Source: a virus. From it: DNA of 64,000 bases. The DNA lies in IMG/VR virus record IMGVR_UViG_3300033153_016035, positions 1 to 64,000 of that record. One strand, 5' to 3'. Shown one piece after another: positions 35,531 to 45,465 of the stretch. Within the stretch, counting starts at the first letter, position 1. Every line of letters begins with the position of its first letter. Made by a program: the position numbers and the translations under genes. The notes below the pieces were generated by a model. That model had not been told where the DNA came from. It was given only the letters and a program-made list of their open reading frames with translations, and searched no databases.

Positions 35531-38518
35531 TTAACCTAAGGGCGCGACTTCGTCAAACGACGCTGTCGTCGGAGTGAAGATCATTTGGAATTCAATCTCC
35601 TCTGCAACTTCCACAAATTTGATAAACAATTTGGCGACAACCTTCTTACTGGAAATCACCGCCGGGGTGTTGGTTGTGGCATCGCAGACGATTCTGTAGT
35701 CTGTGATGCCTCTTTTAGCTTTAATGGGGTTGAGGGTGGAGTTGAGCATAGCCCGAATTTCACGCCACAGAATTTCGTCATTTTGTTCGTGGGGATAAGT
35801 TCTACCTCGAAGCAGAATCGTATTGGCTATAAGATTCGCTGTCCACCGCACATGCAGTCTATCGGTTGCCTTGGGATCTCTAGCCATAGTTCTTTGACCG
35901 TAAAGGAATATCCCCTGTCCTACAAAGTCCACAAAGGGGTTTAAAACCTCTATTCGAGTCCCAGACCTGCCGTACGTTGCAGCTCTTTCTCCTACATCGG
36001 GGGAATGGCGGACACTACTAAGATTACTGAGTTGCCCTCTTCGGATGCCGGCGATGGGGAACCACGGCTCGTACTCGTTGTCAATCTTCCCTATAAGTCC
36101 TAAAATGTCCCCTTCTCCTGGTTCCCACACCTCTTCTCCGGAGTATGCATCTTCATATAAAAGCCAGGAGAAGCTACAAAACGCCGAGGAAGAATCCACG
36201 GCAGACAAGAATGGGTAGGGGATATGGGGTTTTGGACGGGGTAGTGCTCCCGGACTTGGCGCGTTATACTCACCATTGACGAAGTCGCGGGCATCATATG
36301 TACTTTCAAAATCGGGGACCGACAGAATCCACACACACCGGCGCCCCTCACAAAGGGATATCCCGGCGTTTTGTACCTGTCGGTGGTACATTCCGGGGGC
36401 ACTAAGAAAGTGCAAAGGGATAAGTTCCGAATTGGAAAACAGTTGCATCCCGGAGTAGGTTGGTCCCACATGAGCACCAATGACATCTGCCGTAGTGAAA
36501 GCCCCAGCCATACCAATCTTTTGTCCATTGCCGGTGTCATAGGCTGTGTTTATCTCACCGTGGTACCCGGTTTCCTCCACGTGAACATATTCTGAACCAT
36601 TATCCGTATCATTTACAGTGGATAACAATTCGGCTACAGTACGGAGATTGTCAAAAGTCTCCACTGCCAACGATCCGACGCCACTGCCATCATTAAACAT
36701 AACCCTTACTCGGTACCATTGATCCCCAAGGTTTACAACGGGGGTATTTGGGCTTTTGTCCACCCACACGAAAATACCATCCGCGATGGGGTCTGATTCG
36801 TTACCGGTCGGCCCAGCGTAGATCGACGCAAAATGTAAAAGTATACTGTGGTACTCCGCTCTTACAGGAAAACCCATCGCCGGGGCCCCGATAAAAGTTA
36901 CAGAGTATTCCCCCGTCACATAATCTATAGTGCCAGAGCCTCCCGCACCAGAGATGCCGCCAATCCCATCGTCAACAAGGGGGGCGGTTGGGGATGTGGC
37001 ATAGTAAATCTCAACCGACCCGGGCTTGATCGGGTATTCCTGGAGAGTTCCCTCGAAGGTCACCTCTATAGCGTCACCATAATCTAAAACCGTAGCATGT
37101 TTAAAGAAGGCGTCAAAAGCACCACCATCTTCATTTTTCGGGATGTAATTTCCGGCTGGGATAAAAGTATGGATGAGGGTCCAAGCGCCGGTCTTATACT
37201 GGATAGTTCCTGCCACATTTGCTCCCGCTAGAATACCAGCCCCATTATCCACAACGTAAACCCGATATTTTATCATTATCGGTTCGCCGTTCTTGACGTC
37301 GGATGAAAATTGAAAATTCAGCACGCCGGTGGCATAGGTGATCGTTCCGGGAACAACAAGATTCCCGGTGAGTGCCCCCGACCCGTCATCAACGGCGGAC
37401 ATCTCATTGCCCAAGATATCCTTTGTGGTGATCTCTACGGAACCCTGAACCACGTCCGCTCCTATAGTGGGATTATAGGTATCGGTGGCACCATCCCCTA
37501 AATCTACCTGATCGTCTCTAGGATCAAATATCATAAGACTGCCGGGGGCTACGCCGTTTCTTGATACATTACCGCTATAGTTAGTCTCGTACTGTGAGGC
37601 AGTTTTAAGTACTTCGTAGGTGGCCCTTTGATAATTCACAGTTACTGCCGCAATGGGAACCACATTGAAGGCTACCGACCAGGCCCCAGTTTGGTAATTT
37701 ATAACACCAGAACCCCCACCGCCTCCGGTGAGTGTCCCGTCCTTATTGTCCGTAAAGGTTTCAACGCCGTCGGTTATTGAAATGGAGCCCGGTACTATGG
37801 GTCTATCCTCATTTCCACTGTAATTTGCGGTGGTGTTAACCGCCATCATGTAATTCCAGACACTCGCGGCCGACACTCCGCCGGTGGTCGACTCTGGGGA
37901 CTTAGATGATGCAAAAGAGCCATCATCACCAGAAGCCAAAGACATGGGCACTAAAACTTCCGTCTCAGAATCTAATGTCTCATTTGGAAAAACTAATCCG
38001 GCGTCCCGGTGAAGGGCTACCTGTATGTAAGTTGATTCCCTATTTACCTCTGTTTCCACTGTTCCGTTGGTAAGGTTATCAAACCTTTCCACAATTTGGT
38101 CCATAAAATAGACCATAATGTTGTATGAGCTGGCGGGATCGCCGTTATGTGTTATGTTAATTTTTACCGTACCGTTTGCCCACGTACCGGCCGATATGCC
38201 TTCGATACGAATGATGGGTATGTCGATGCCGCCAACACTCTTCCACTGCTCAACAAACGCTGTCTTTAGTAGGGTTCCCGCTACCCTTACAAATTTCAAC
38301 TGGTTGCCAAACCGCAGATAGCGGATAGCGCCCCTTACCGCATATTGGTAGTTTACAGGGCGACCGTGTGCGGAGACAAAATTACCTTCGTCTGTAAACT
38401 CCCCCAATGCGTTAATCGGACCTTTCGTTGCAGGGCCTATAACCCCTACGATTGCCCGGCTTCCTGCCGGTGTATACGCTGCAAGATCAAATTCTTTAAT
38501 ACTGATTCCTGGAGGCAT
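35531..38518 (-). CDS. Tail sheath protein (T4 gp18-like) with inserted modules
   Basis: PGISIKEFDL, G.ATKGP, VRVA, PWFPIAG.RRG.L, GQRT and RL.VR motifs. Confidence 0.97.
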   Translation of the reverse strand: MPPGISIKEFDLAAYTPAGSRAIVGVIGPATKGPINALGEFTDEGNFVSAHGRPVNYQYAVRGAIRYLRFGNQLKFVRVAGTLLKTAFVEQWKSVGGIDIPIIRIEGISAGTWANGTVKINITHNGDPASSYNIMVYFMDQIVERFDNLTNGTVETEVNRESTYIQVALHRDAGLVFPNETLDSETEVLVPMSLASGDDGSFASSKSPESTTGGVSAASVWNYMMAVNTTANYSGNEDRPIVPGSISITDGVETFTDNKDGTLTGGGGGSGVINYQTGAWSVAFNVVPIAAVTVNYQRATYEVLKTASQYETNYSGNVSRNGVAPGSLMIFDPRDDQVDLGDGATDTYNPTIGADVVQGSVEITTKDILGNEMSAVDDGSGALTGNLVVPGTITYATGVLNFQFSSDVKNGEPIMIKYRVYVVDNGAGILAGANVAGTIQYKTGAWTLIHTFIPAGNYIPKNEDGGAFDAFFKHATVLDYGDAIEVTFEGTLQEYPIKPGSVEIYYATSPTAPLVDDGIGGISGAGGSGTIDYVTGEYSVTFIGAPAMGFPVRAEYHSILLHFASIYAGPTGNESDPIADGIFVWVDKSPNTPVVNLGDQWYRVRVMFNDGSGVGSLAVETFDNLRTVAELLSTVNDTDNGSEYVHVEETGYHGEINTAYDTGNGQKIGMAGAFTTADVIGAHVGPTYSGMQLFSNSELIPLHFLSAPGMYHRQVQNAGISLCEGRRCVWILSVPDFESTYDARDFVNGEYNAPSPGALPRPKPHIPYPFLSAVDSSSAFCSFSWLLYEDAYSGEEVWEPGEGDILGLIGKIDNEYEPWFPIAGIRRGQLSNLSSVRHSPDVGERAATYGRSGTRIEVLNPFVDFVGQGIFLYGQRTMARDPKATDRLHVRWTANLIANTILLRGRTYPHEQNDEILWREIRAMLNSTLNPIKAKRGITDYRIVCDATTNTPAVISSKKVVAKLFIKFVEVAEEIEFQMIFTPTTASFDEVAPLG

Positions 38519-39222
38519 TATACTTGCTCCTCATCATAAACTACTTCTTGAATTGGTTGTCCATTTTCGTCGCACACAAGATATTCCAATGTGTAAACTA
38601 GAGGTACGGCGTAAGGTTGGAATGGGATCCAACCAAATAAGTCCCCTGTGGCCGTCAAACGAATTGTTCGTCCCGCAAGGCCCCCGTCTTCTAGGGTGGA
38701 ATTGTCTGTTAGACTATCGAGTGTAATACGGAGGTACTGCTTACCTAAAACTTTTGCAAAGGCAAAAGGCTCATTCGGCGACTTATACCACTTTGTATCG
38801 CCGTAGTCTATTGGGATTACCCCATGCCCCTGCGGGAAAAGTGTATGAAACTGATATTCTATAAAGTCCCGTTGGGTTACATTCTTCACGTAAATATTTA
38901 CATCTATCCCGGCCTTTACCGCTTTAGGTTTACGCATGGAAAACCCATAGCCGTGCTCAATGTCTTTAGCAAACCGATACGTCGCCGGGCTTTGCAGCTC
39001 TGCTACCGGTGCAAACGGATCACGCCACACGGCTATATACGGGTACGGGGTGGTTTGCTCACCAGAAGCTTTACTGACTTTAATTCCGCGTTGCTTTTCC
39101 AACCATTCTTTTATATGTGCATGAGCACGACTGGGCCCGGAATTGACGACTGGAACTGGTCTGCCACCCCATCTGATCTGGGAGAAAAAACGTAGTAAAG
39201 CTTCTGTATATATTGTGAGCAT
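38518..39222 (-). CDS. Tail terminator (T4 gp15-like)
   Basis: PYPYIAV.R and P.AV...IDVNIY......D.IE.Q....F pattern. Lies directly upstream of the sheath gene. Confidence 0.65.
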   Translation of the reverse strand: MLTIYTEALLRFFSQIRWGGRPVPVVNSGPSRAHAHIKEWLEKQRGIKVSKASGEQTTPYPYIAVWRDPFAPVAELQSPATYRFAKDIEHGYGFSMRKPKAVKAGIDVNIYVKNVTQRDFIEYQFHTLFPQGHGVIPIDYGDTKWYKSPNEPFAFAKVLGKQYLRITLDSLTDNSTLEDGGLAGRTIRLTATGDLFGWIPFQPYAVPLVYTLEYLVCDENGQPIQEVVYDEEQV

Positions 39223-39236
39223 AGCTTCCTCAAATC

Positions 39237-40424
39237 TTAGTCGAACACTACCAGTAGATCGACGGCAATGTTTTCTTCGTTACTGGCGTGGTCCGTAGCC
39301 CATGAGGCATCTGAGATACCTTGACAACCGAGTTTCTTGCCTGCAACAAAAGTGGCATTTGCCGTTCCCGGGGCCACGGTGGAATATTCATCGTTGACAT
39401 CCCCCGCGTCCAACTTTTCCAGGAGTCCGGCTGCGGTAATGGCCACACCGTCTATCGTAGGCTTGAAATCAGCCTCCCCGCCACTACGGTCGTCCGAACT
39501 TACAACTGATATTCCTACTATGGATCCGGCCTTCGGCATTAAGTTGTATAGGGCAACATCGCCCTCAGCAAACATGTTTCTGGTTTGCGATTGACCCAAA
39601 CCATTACGGTATGTGAAAGAGTACTTGACCGGAACTTTCTGACGGTCGGTTTCCGTAATGACCTTGTTGGACGCAGAGATGGCGGTGGCGCCGTTGATCC
39701 CGGCATACTGATCCGAGGAAATGTGATACCCGGCGGCACTTCCCAGAACCCCAGAAAGGGAGTTGTGGTCTGACAAGGAGTCAAATTTAACCCAGGTGGT
39801 GGTGGTGGCGTTGTAGGTTCTCCGGATTCCGGCCGAGCCTTCATCCTCAAAAAGAGCTGCGTACCCGGCGTTGGGTGTTGTGGATGCGAAGGCCGCTCCA
39901 TCATACTCATAAATTTTATTGTCTTTTGTGTGATTTCCGCTATCACCTGAGTCGTCATCCCCTGTCGTGAAATGGCAAAAGCGGTCCCCACTTGAAACGG
40001 CGGCCCCGGCGTCCCAAGAAAGGGCCGACTCTTCGTAGAGTTTTGCCTCATTTGTGTTAAGGCATTTCTCTCCAGCGATGGGGGTACCAGAAGGGGCCCC
40101 GGCGTCGGTTTTGACATAGTCAATCCCGTGGTCAATACTGTCCTGCCAGTCCAGGGCATCCTTTTTATCTTGATAGTAGCTTTCGGTGATGTAAGTATCG
40201 GAAGCCGAGGGGGTATACCCTCCAGGACCGGCAAGTGCTGCATTTTCATCTGTTGTAGGAACTCGGGCATCCTGGTCGGTGACGAATTTGTTACCGGATC
40301 CGGGGGTGCCTGAGGAACCTACAAGAGCATCTTTTTCTGTGGTGGAGGGGAGGAACGCCTCATCAAACTTTATTGAACTTCCGAATCCACCGCTTTGGAC
40401 GGTTACGAATGTTTTATCTGCCAT
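39237..40424 (-). CDS. Virion collar/fibre-associated protein
   Basis: Carries 2-3 copies of the 30-aa repeat found in 41679..44129 and a C-terminal beta domain shared with 40436..41425. Confidence 0.65.
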   Translation of the reverse strand: MADKTFVTVQSGGFGSSIKFDEAFLPSTTEKDALVGSSGTPGSGNKFVTDQDARVPTTDENAALAGPGGYTPSASDTYITESYYQDKKDALDWQDSIDHGIDYVKTDAGAPSGTPIAGEKCLNTNEAKLYEESALSWDAGAAVSSGDRFCHFTTGDDDSGDSGNHTKDNKIYEYDGAAFASTTPNAGYAALFEDEGSAGIRRTYNATTTTWVKFDSLSDHNSLSGVLGSAAGYHISSDQYAGINGATAISASNKVITETDRQKVPVKYSFTYRNGLGQSQTRNMFAEGDVALYNLMPKAGSIVGISVVSSDDRSGGEADFKPTIDGVAITAAGLLEKLDAGDVNDEYSTVAPGTANATFVAGKKLGCQGISDASWATDHASNEENIAVDLLVVFD

Positions 40425-40435
40425 AGAGAAATCTC

Positions 40436-41425
40436 CTATGCTGTATACATTATATTAAGATGGTGCATGACATTTATACCTGTTGCCGGTAGTAACGGCG
40501 CATCGGATACAAGCTGCACACCAACAAGGTCGCCTGCATTAACAAGAAAGGCAGGATCTTTATTTACATTTTTGTAGTGGTTCGTTGGGTTTGACGCATC
40601 AATAGTTAAAGTAAGACGGGGATCTGCTATAGGTACACTATTTATTGTTGGCGTTAAAATGATAGATCCCGCTGCGCGTGTTGGGGCTACTGCCGCCGAG
40701 TGTAGTCTCAAATACCCGGCTTTCGCTGCGTAATATCCTGGTATCGTGGTAAACACCGCATTAGACGCGGCCACAGTACTGGGTGACAATAACATGTAGA
40801 AAAACTCTAAGGTGTCGTAAGACTCCAGGGCTTCCAACGCTATCGGGTGCATTACATGAACCGTAGCTTTTAATGTTACTTCCGTAGGAGCCGAAGCTAC
40901 CTGCCCCACAACCTGCAACCCTACAAAGTCTCCAGTACTCAAAGCAAACGACGGATGTTCTGGTACCACAATACGCTTGTTAAAAACTGGGTGACTGGGA
41001 TCGACAAGTACATCCAAATCGCCCGCCGGGGAGGGGGTTCCATTTATAACCGGTTTTACAGTTACCCCACCGCTGGCCAGGGGGAGTGAAGCCGTCACCT
41101 CCACCATTATAATTTGACCAGATATAGGAGAGACAATTTTGTCCGATATCCCCGTTCGTTCCCGAATAGTTTGTGGGGCTATACTTGTTGTCTGAAGGTT
41201 GTAATATGTGTAGTCGTACGTGGATACTAAGTAAGCGAGGGTGCCCCCAAATTTTTGCCACCCGGAGTCTGCGCCGTAGTATAAGCCAAAATCTGGTCCT
41301 ATCGTGGTCACATAAATTAAACGCCCGTTATCCTCTGGGAGAAACGACGGCAGCGCCGTCAAGTGTTCAACCACAAAGTTACGAGCCTGATTTAACTGAA
41401 AATCTGCATGACCAGTAAGTTTCAT
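40436..41425 (-). CDS. Virion structural protein with two homologous beta domains
   Basis: N-terminal DFQLNQARNFVVEHL..LP.......GR.IY followed by two related ~110-aa domains. Confidence 0.65.
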   Translation of the reverse strand: MKLTGHADFQLNQARNFVVEHLTALPSFLPEDNGRLIYVTTIGPDFGLYYGADSGWQKFGGTLAYLVSTYDYTYYNLQTTSIAPQTIRERTGISDKIVSPISGQIIMVEVTASLPLASGGVTVKPVINGTPSPAGDLDVLVDPSHPVFNKRIVVPEHPSFALSTGDFVGLQVVGQVASAPTEVTLKATVHVMHPIALEALESYDTLEFFYMLLSPSTVAASNAVFTTIPGYYAAKAGYLRLHSAAVAPTRAAGSIILTPTINSVPIADPRLTLTIDASNPTNHYKNVNKDPAFLVNAGDLVGVQLVSDAPLLPATGINVMHHLNIMYTA

Positions 41426-41434
41426 AAAGAATTC

Positions 41435-41677
41435 CTATGGAGGAGTCTGTTGAAACTCTTCCGTCGAAGAATTCCAATAGTACTCAGTCTCTGTAAACTT
41501 CGGATTAAACATATATCTGTGGTCCAGGGTGAGTAACTCTTCGTCCGCCGTCACTTCCATAATGTGAACCGCTGCTCGTAATAGTAAATTAACTGGTAAC
41601 GATGCCTCCACCTTGGTTGCCGGGTGGAAGGCCGTATGGACATTTTTGACAATTACATAATAATAATAATAATTCAT
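41435..41677 (-). CDS. Small hypothetical protein
   Basis: 80-aa ORF exactly filling the gap between two structural genes. Confidence 0.6.
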   Translation of the reverse strand: MNYYYYYVIVKNVHTAFHPATKVEASLPVNLLLRAAVHIMEVTADEELLTLDHRYMFNPKFTETEYYWNSSTEEFQQTPP

Positions 41678-41678
41678 G

Positions 41679-44129
41679 CTACAATTCCATCTTAAATCCG
41701 GCTACACAAATTCCTATCTTCCCGTCGCTCCCATCGTCCATATACTCAAATTCCCTGTCGCCGTCCAGTACCATCTGAATCTGCCCCGAAGCAACATGTC
41801 CGCTATGGCGAACATGGTAGGTCGCAGAACTACCATTCCGTCTGAAGATGAAATCGGGACTCTTATCGTTTGTCTCATGTATCTGGAATAACACGTAAGT
41901 AACACCTACTGGAATAAATGGGGAAGCGTCTACCAGTGTCCACGATCCCGGATCAGTATTCCACACCAAGTCATTGTTGATGACATCATCGTAGAAATAT
42001 TCTTTATCCGGTCCTTTCCCGTTGACGTAGAACGGTTGAAAGTCTCCAGTGGGGCCATTGAGTACATACCCAATCAATTTCTTTGCCGTGAATCCCAAAG
42101 GGAGTGTCGGCGCTGTCGGTGAGGCGGAGAGAAGACCTTTGACAATTCCCGACAATGGGTTGTAAATGACAAAGATGTAGTAGATCGTGTCATTTGCTTC
42201 CCCCGCCACATCCAGGCCATTTTCCCCAATAGTGGTTATGGCGACGAGGATGTTAGAAGTATTCTTGATATTATAAGTATCGGTATCGTTTCGCGCCTCC
42301 CCCGGTTTTATTGTAATCTGTGTTACGCTTGTATACTCCGTTAGGTACCCATACATATGGGATACTGGATGTGCCGCAGATATAGCCTCATTGATCCCGT
42401 GGAGATGGGAAGTCAGTTGGTCGATCTGGCCAACTTCCGGTGTCCCGAAATTCCTGGTGTAGTTCGTGGGAACATACGTGATATTCAACTTGTCCCCATC
42501 CATTTCGTCGGCACCACCGTCTATGTGACGGGAGGCATGGTCAGCACTCGGGAGCAGTCGCGGGTCGCTGTCGGTGACATATGTATTACTGGCACTTGGG
42601 GCACCGTCTGACCCGACGAGGGCATCATTCTCATTCTGTGTCGGGAGGCGGGTGTCCTGTGTGGTGACATAGGGGTTCCCCGCTGTTGGCGTTCCATAGG
42701 AGCCCTGTAGGGCATCGTTCTCCGCCTGTAGTGGAACTCGAGGATCATTATCAGTGACGTAGGGGTTTGCCGCACCCGGTGTACCACTGGTCCCCTGTAG
42801 GGCGTCGTTCTCGTCTAAAGCGGGGAGTCGGGGATCAGAATTGGTAACGAACCGATTGGTCCCGGAAGATGTCCCATTTGTCCCCAACAGGGCATTGTTC
42901 TCGTCTGGTGTAGGGAGACGGGGATCAGAGTCGGTAACGAAGCGGTTAGAACCTGACGGAGTTCCATTCGTCCCCTGAAGGGCATCATTCTCTCCTGTGG
43001 TGGGGAGTCGGGGATCGGAGTCGGTAACAAACCGGTTGGCGTTACTCGGGGCTCCGCTCGCCCCTTGTGCCGCATCATTCTCATCCTGAGTGAGAAGACG
43101 AGTGTCCGCCGCCGTGACAAACCGGTTAGAACCGGAGGGTGCCCCAGAGGTTCCCTGGAGGGCATCATTCTCTGCCTGTGTTGGAACTCTTGGGTCCGAA
43201 TTGGTCACAAACCGATTTGTATTCGAGGGTACGCCATCGGTGCCCTGTAAGGCATCATTCTCCGCCTGAATCGGGATGCGGGGATCTGAGTCTGTTACAA
43301 ATCTATTGGTACCTGACGGGGCTCCGTCAGTCCCTTGAAGGGCATCGTTTTCGGTTTGCAGCGGAATACGCGGGTCTGAGTCTGTTACGAATCTATTAGT
43401 GCCTGACGGTACTCCGTCAGTTCCTTGAAGAGCATCATTCTCGGTTTGCAGTGGGATACGCGGATCCTGGTCGGTTACAAACCGATTAGTGTCCGATGGG
43501 GTTCCATACGTTCCCTGAAGCGCATCTGCGATACTACTAGAAGGAAGTAGTGGGTCGCTTTGTGTTATAAATAGATTAGTACCGCTCGGAGTTCCGTCTG
43601 AACCGGCGAGGGCATCATTCTCGTCAGAGGATGGTAGTACAGGGTCAGAACTCGTTACGAACCTATTTGTTCCGGAGGGGGTGCCGTCGGTTCCGGCGGC
43701 CGCATCATATTTATCTTCACTAAGATGGAAAGGCGGTATGTCTCCGGCTATAGCACCTAGGGCATCATGTTTGGATACCCCCTTTGTCATTTGTATCCAT
43801 CGACCAGATCCGGCATCCGGGGTAACTACATGTGGAACACTTTCTGCCTGTACCGACTGAAGATCAAAGCGGAAAAGGCCATTGTTGGCGGCCACATCAG
43901 ACTCTACATAACACAGCATCCTGTCTTCACGCGTGGTATCCGGTATTGCCTTTAACTCCACAATAGTGCCAACGGCCGGATGGTATGAACCGAAAGTCGT
44001 GGAAAAGAGCGTAATAGCGGCCGACTTTGTCAAAACCGGATTGAAACGACTAGGATCTTCTGCGTAGTCTATACCATCTTTTTGCCGTGCATTGAGAATT
44101 ATATCTTGAAGATTTGTTGTGACGGTCAT
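41679..44129 (-). CDS. Long fibre/whisker-like protein with 13 x 30-aa repeats
   Basis: Tandem repeats ENDALQGT.G.PS..NRFVT.SDPR.P, an HASRH motif and a C-terminal globular domain. Confidence 0.75.
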   Translation of the reverse strand: MTVTTNLQDIILNARQKDGIDYAEDPSRFNPVLTKSAAITLFSTTFGSYHPAVGTIVELKAIPDTTREDRMLCYVESDVAANNGLFRFDLQSVQAESVPHVVTPDAGSGRWIQMTKGVSKHDALGAIAGDIPPFHLSEDKYDAAAGTDGTPSGTNRFVTSSDPVLPSSDENDALAGSDGTPSGTNLFITQSDPLLPSSSIADALQGTYGTPSDTNRFVTDQDPRIPLQTENDALQGTDGVPSGTNRFVTDSDPRIPLQTENDALQGTDGAPSGTNRFVTDSDPRIPIQAENDALQGTDGVPSNTNRFVTNSDPRVPTQAENDALQGTSGAPSGSNRFVTAADTRLLTQDENDAAQGASGAPSNANRFVTDSDPRLPTTGENDALQGTNGTPSGSNRFVTDSDPRLPTPDENNALLGTNGTSSGTNRFVTNSDPRLPALDENDALQGTSGTPGAANPYVTDNDPRVPLQAENDALQGSYGTPTAGNPYVTTQDTRLPTQNENDALVGSDGAPSASNTYVTDSDPRLLPSADHASRHIDGGADEMDGDKLNITYVPTNYTRNFGTPEVGQIDQLTSHLHGINEAISAAHPVSHMYGYLTEYTSVTQITIKPGEARNDTDTYNIKNTSNILVAITTIGENGLDVAGEANDTIYYIFVIYNPLSGIVKGLLSASPTAPTLPLGFTAKKLIGYVLNGPTGDFQPFYVNGKGPDKEYFYDDVINNDLVWNTDPGSWTLVDASPFIPVGVTYVLFQIHETNDKSPDFIFRRNGSSATYHVRHSGHVASGQIQMVLDGDREFEYMDDGSDGKIGICVAGFKMEL
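42546..43715. repeat. 13 tandem 90-bp coding repeats
   Basis: 1170 bp = 13 x 90, with recurring ggcatc(a/g)ttctc on the + strand. Confidence 0.92.
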
Positions 44130-44878
44130 TGTATTTCCTTCAACTTTTCCTCTAGGGCTGCGGCCCGCGCCTCATGTCCTATTTCTGCCCGCGCTTTCAA
44201 GATTTCCTTGAAAGCCGGTTTCCAATGTTTCCTGGGCGGAAGTTTTATTGTAACCACGCGCTCTGGATCCCCAAACAGTGGGATGGTAAAGGCACTTGTT
44301 CCAAATTCCAGCATCTTTGCTAATTTCCCAAGCATTATTCCGGATGAATGTTCTCGGTTGGCCAGAGTCACCACATAATAAACCCCAACCTCTGCCATCT
44401 TGACTTTTCTTATCACTATACCACGGAGATATTCCCCAGAAGACATAAGTTCTCTAGGGTCTAAACCCGTCTCAATTTTTTTATCAACCCACATTTCGGA
44501 CAGTCTTGGTATCCGTTTAAAAGGAACTCTTCTAACCTTTGGTTTACCCAGTGACCTGGGCGGAAGAAGTTTCTTCGTATTCATTATTTTTTCAATTTTT
44601 GGTACAATGTCCCGCTTTTTCCATTCTGGTGGTTCGTCCGGAACTTTACTTCCCCTCTTATCCGGCTGACGTTTTAATACCGGTCTTCCTTTTAGGGGCT
44701 TTTTGACCAATAGTTTGTCAATTAGAAGATCCCGTGCGCCGAAGGCCAAAAGCTTTAAATGAACTGCGGTTCCCTCTACCATAGCTTTTGACAGTACAGT
44801 TATCATCGGATCTACCGATTTTATAATGATAGTTTTTTTACCTATCTGAATTTTGGTCGACAAAGTTACCGTAACCAT
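44126..44878 (-). CDS. Neck/tail-completion protein (HK97 gp10-like motif)
   Basis: LAKMLEFGT.....PPR.HWKPA C-terminal motif. Highly basic protein. Confidence 0.6.
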   Translation of the reverse strand: MVTVTLSTKIQIGKKTIIIKSVDPMITVLSKAMVEGTAVHLKLLAFGARDLLIDKLLVKKPLKGRPVLKRQPDKRGSKVPDEPPEWKKRDIVPKIEKIMNTKKLLPPRSLGKPKVRRVPFKRIPRLSEMWVDKKIETGLDPRELMSSGEYLRGIVIRKVKMAEVGVYYVVTLANREHSSGIMLGKLAKMLEFGTSAFTIPLFGDPERVVTIKLPPRKHWKPAFKEILKARAEIGHEARAAALEEKLKEIQ

Positions 44879-45465
44879 AACGGGTGGTCAATCTCCTTTT
44901 CGGGATCTCGGGCCAGTGCCTGAATTGGATTTGTACTGTCACTACGATAAAGATCCGCTTTGCCAGCCCAAGTGACAAACCGATCGACGAGCTTGTAATG
45001 GTCCGCTGCGGCAGCATCTGCTATCTCGTAGATGCTGTCATTCCATTGATAAAGATCATTTGGAGCCGGAAGATAAAAATGGTACCCCAATTCCGCATCT
45101 TCTGTTTCAAAAATCTCACCCAGTCTTATAGTCTCAGCCAGATCCACACGAAAGTTATGAACTACCTCGTCCTCAGTGCCCGTCGTCTCCAGCTTTTTTA
45201 CGGCGGCGCCGTGCCCCAAATGAAAGAGAGCTACTATAGGGTCCGCGTACTTGCGTTTTGTGGGCTCTCGGTATACCGGGTCCACGGCTGCTTCCCCAGC
45301 TAAATACCGCCAAAAGAAAACAGGAGTTAACCTCAGAGCCGCCGAACTTTGTAGTCTAATCACGTGCGTTAACATATGGTCGGCCCGTGGTTGCCACCTA
45401 CCTTTCAGTGTGTGCGGGAATATGTCCTTAAGTGTTTTTGTCGGATTGGAAGATATCATCAACAA
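44866..45465 (-). CDS. Head closure protein (T4 gp14-like)
   Basis: VDPVYRE...Y..PI and P.PNDL..W...IYEI pattern in the neck cluster. Confidence 0.6.
   Translation of the reverse strand: MLMISSNPTKTLKDIFPHTLKGRWQPRADHMLTHVIRLQSSAALRLTPVFFWRYLAGEAAVDPVYREPTKRKYADPIVALFHLGHGAAVKKLETTGTEDEVVHNFRVDLAETIRLGEIFETEDAELGYHFYLPAPNDLYQWNDSIYEIADAAAADHYKLVDRFVTWAGKADLYRSDSTNPIQALARDPEKEIDHPLWLR

Noticed and set aside
23645-38518. Stand-alone contractile injection system (eCIS, tailocin or T6SS)
   Set aside because: Capsid, portal, terminase, neck and replication genes are all present, so this is a phage tail.
41657-41674. (TAT)5 microsatellite giving MNYYYYY as a phase-variation site
   Set aside because: It is a short trinucleotide run that preserves the frame, with no evidence of variability.
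42546-43715. Regular 90-bp periodicity resembling a CRISPR array
   Set aside because: The repeats are in-frame coding units varying mainly at synonymous positions, with no unique spacers and no cas genes.
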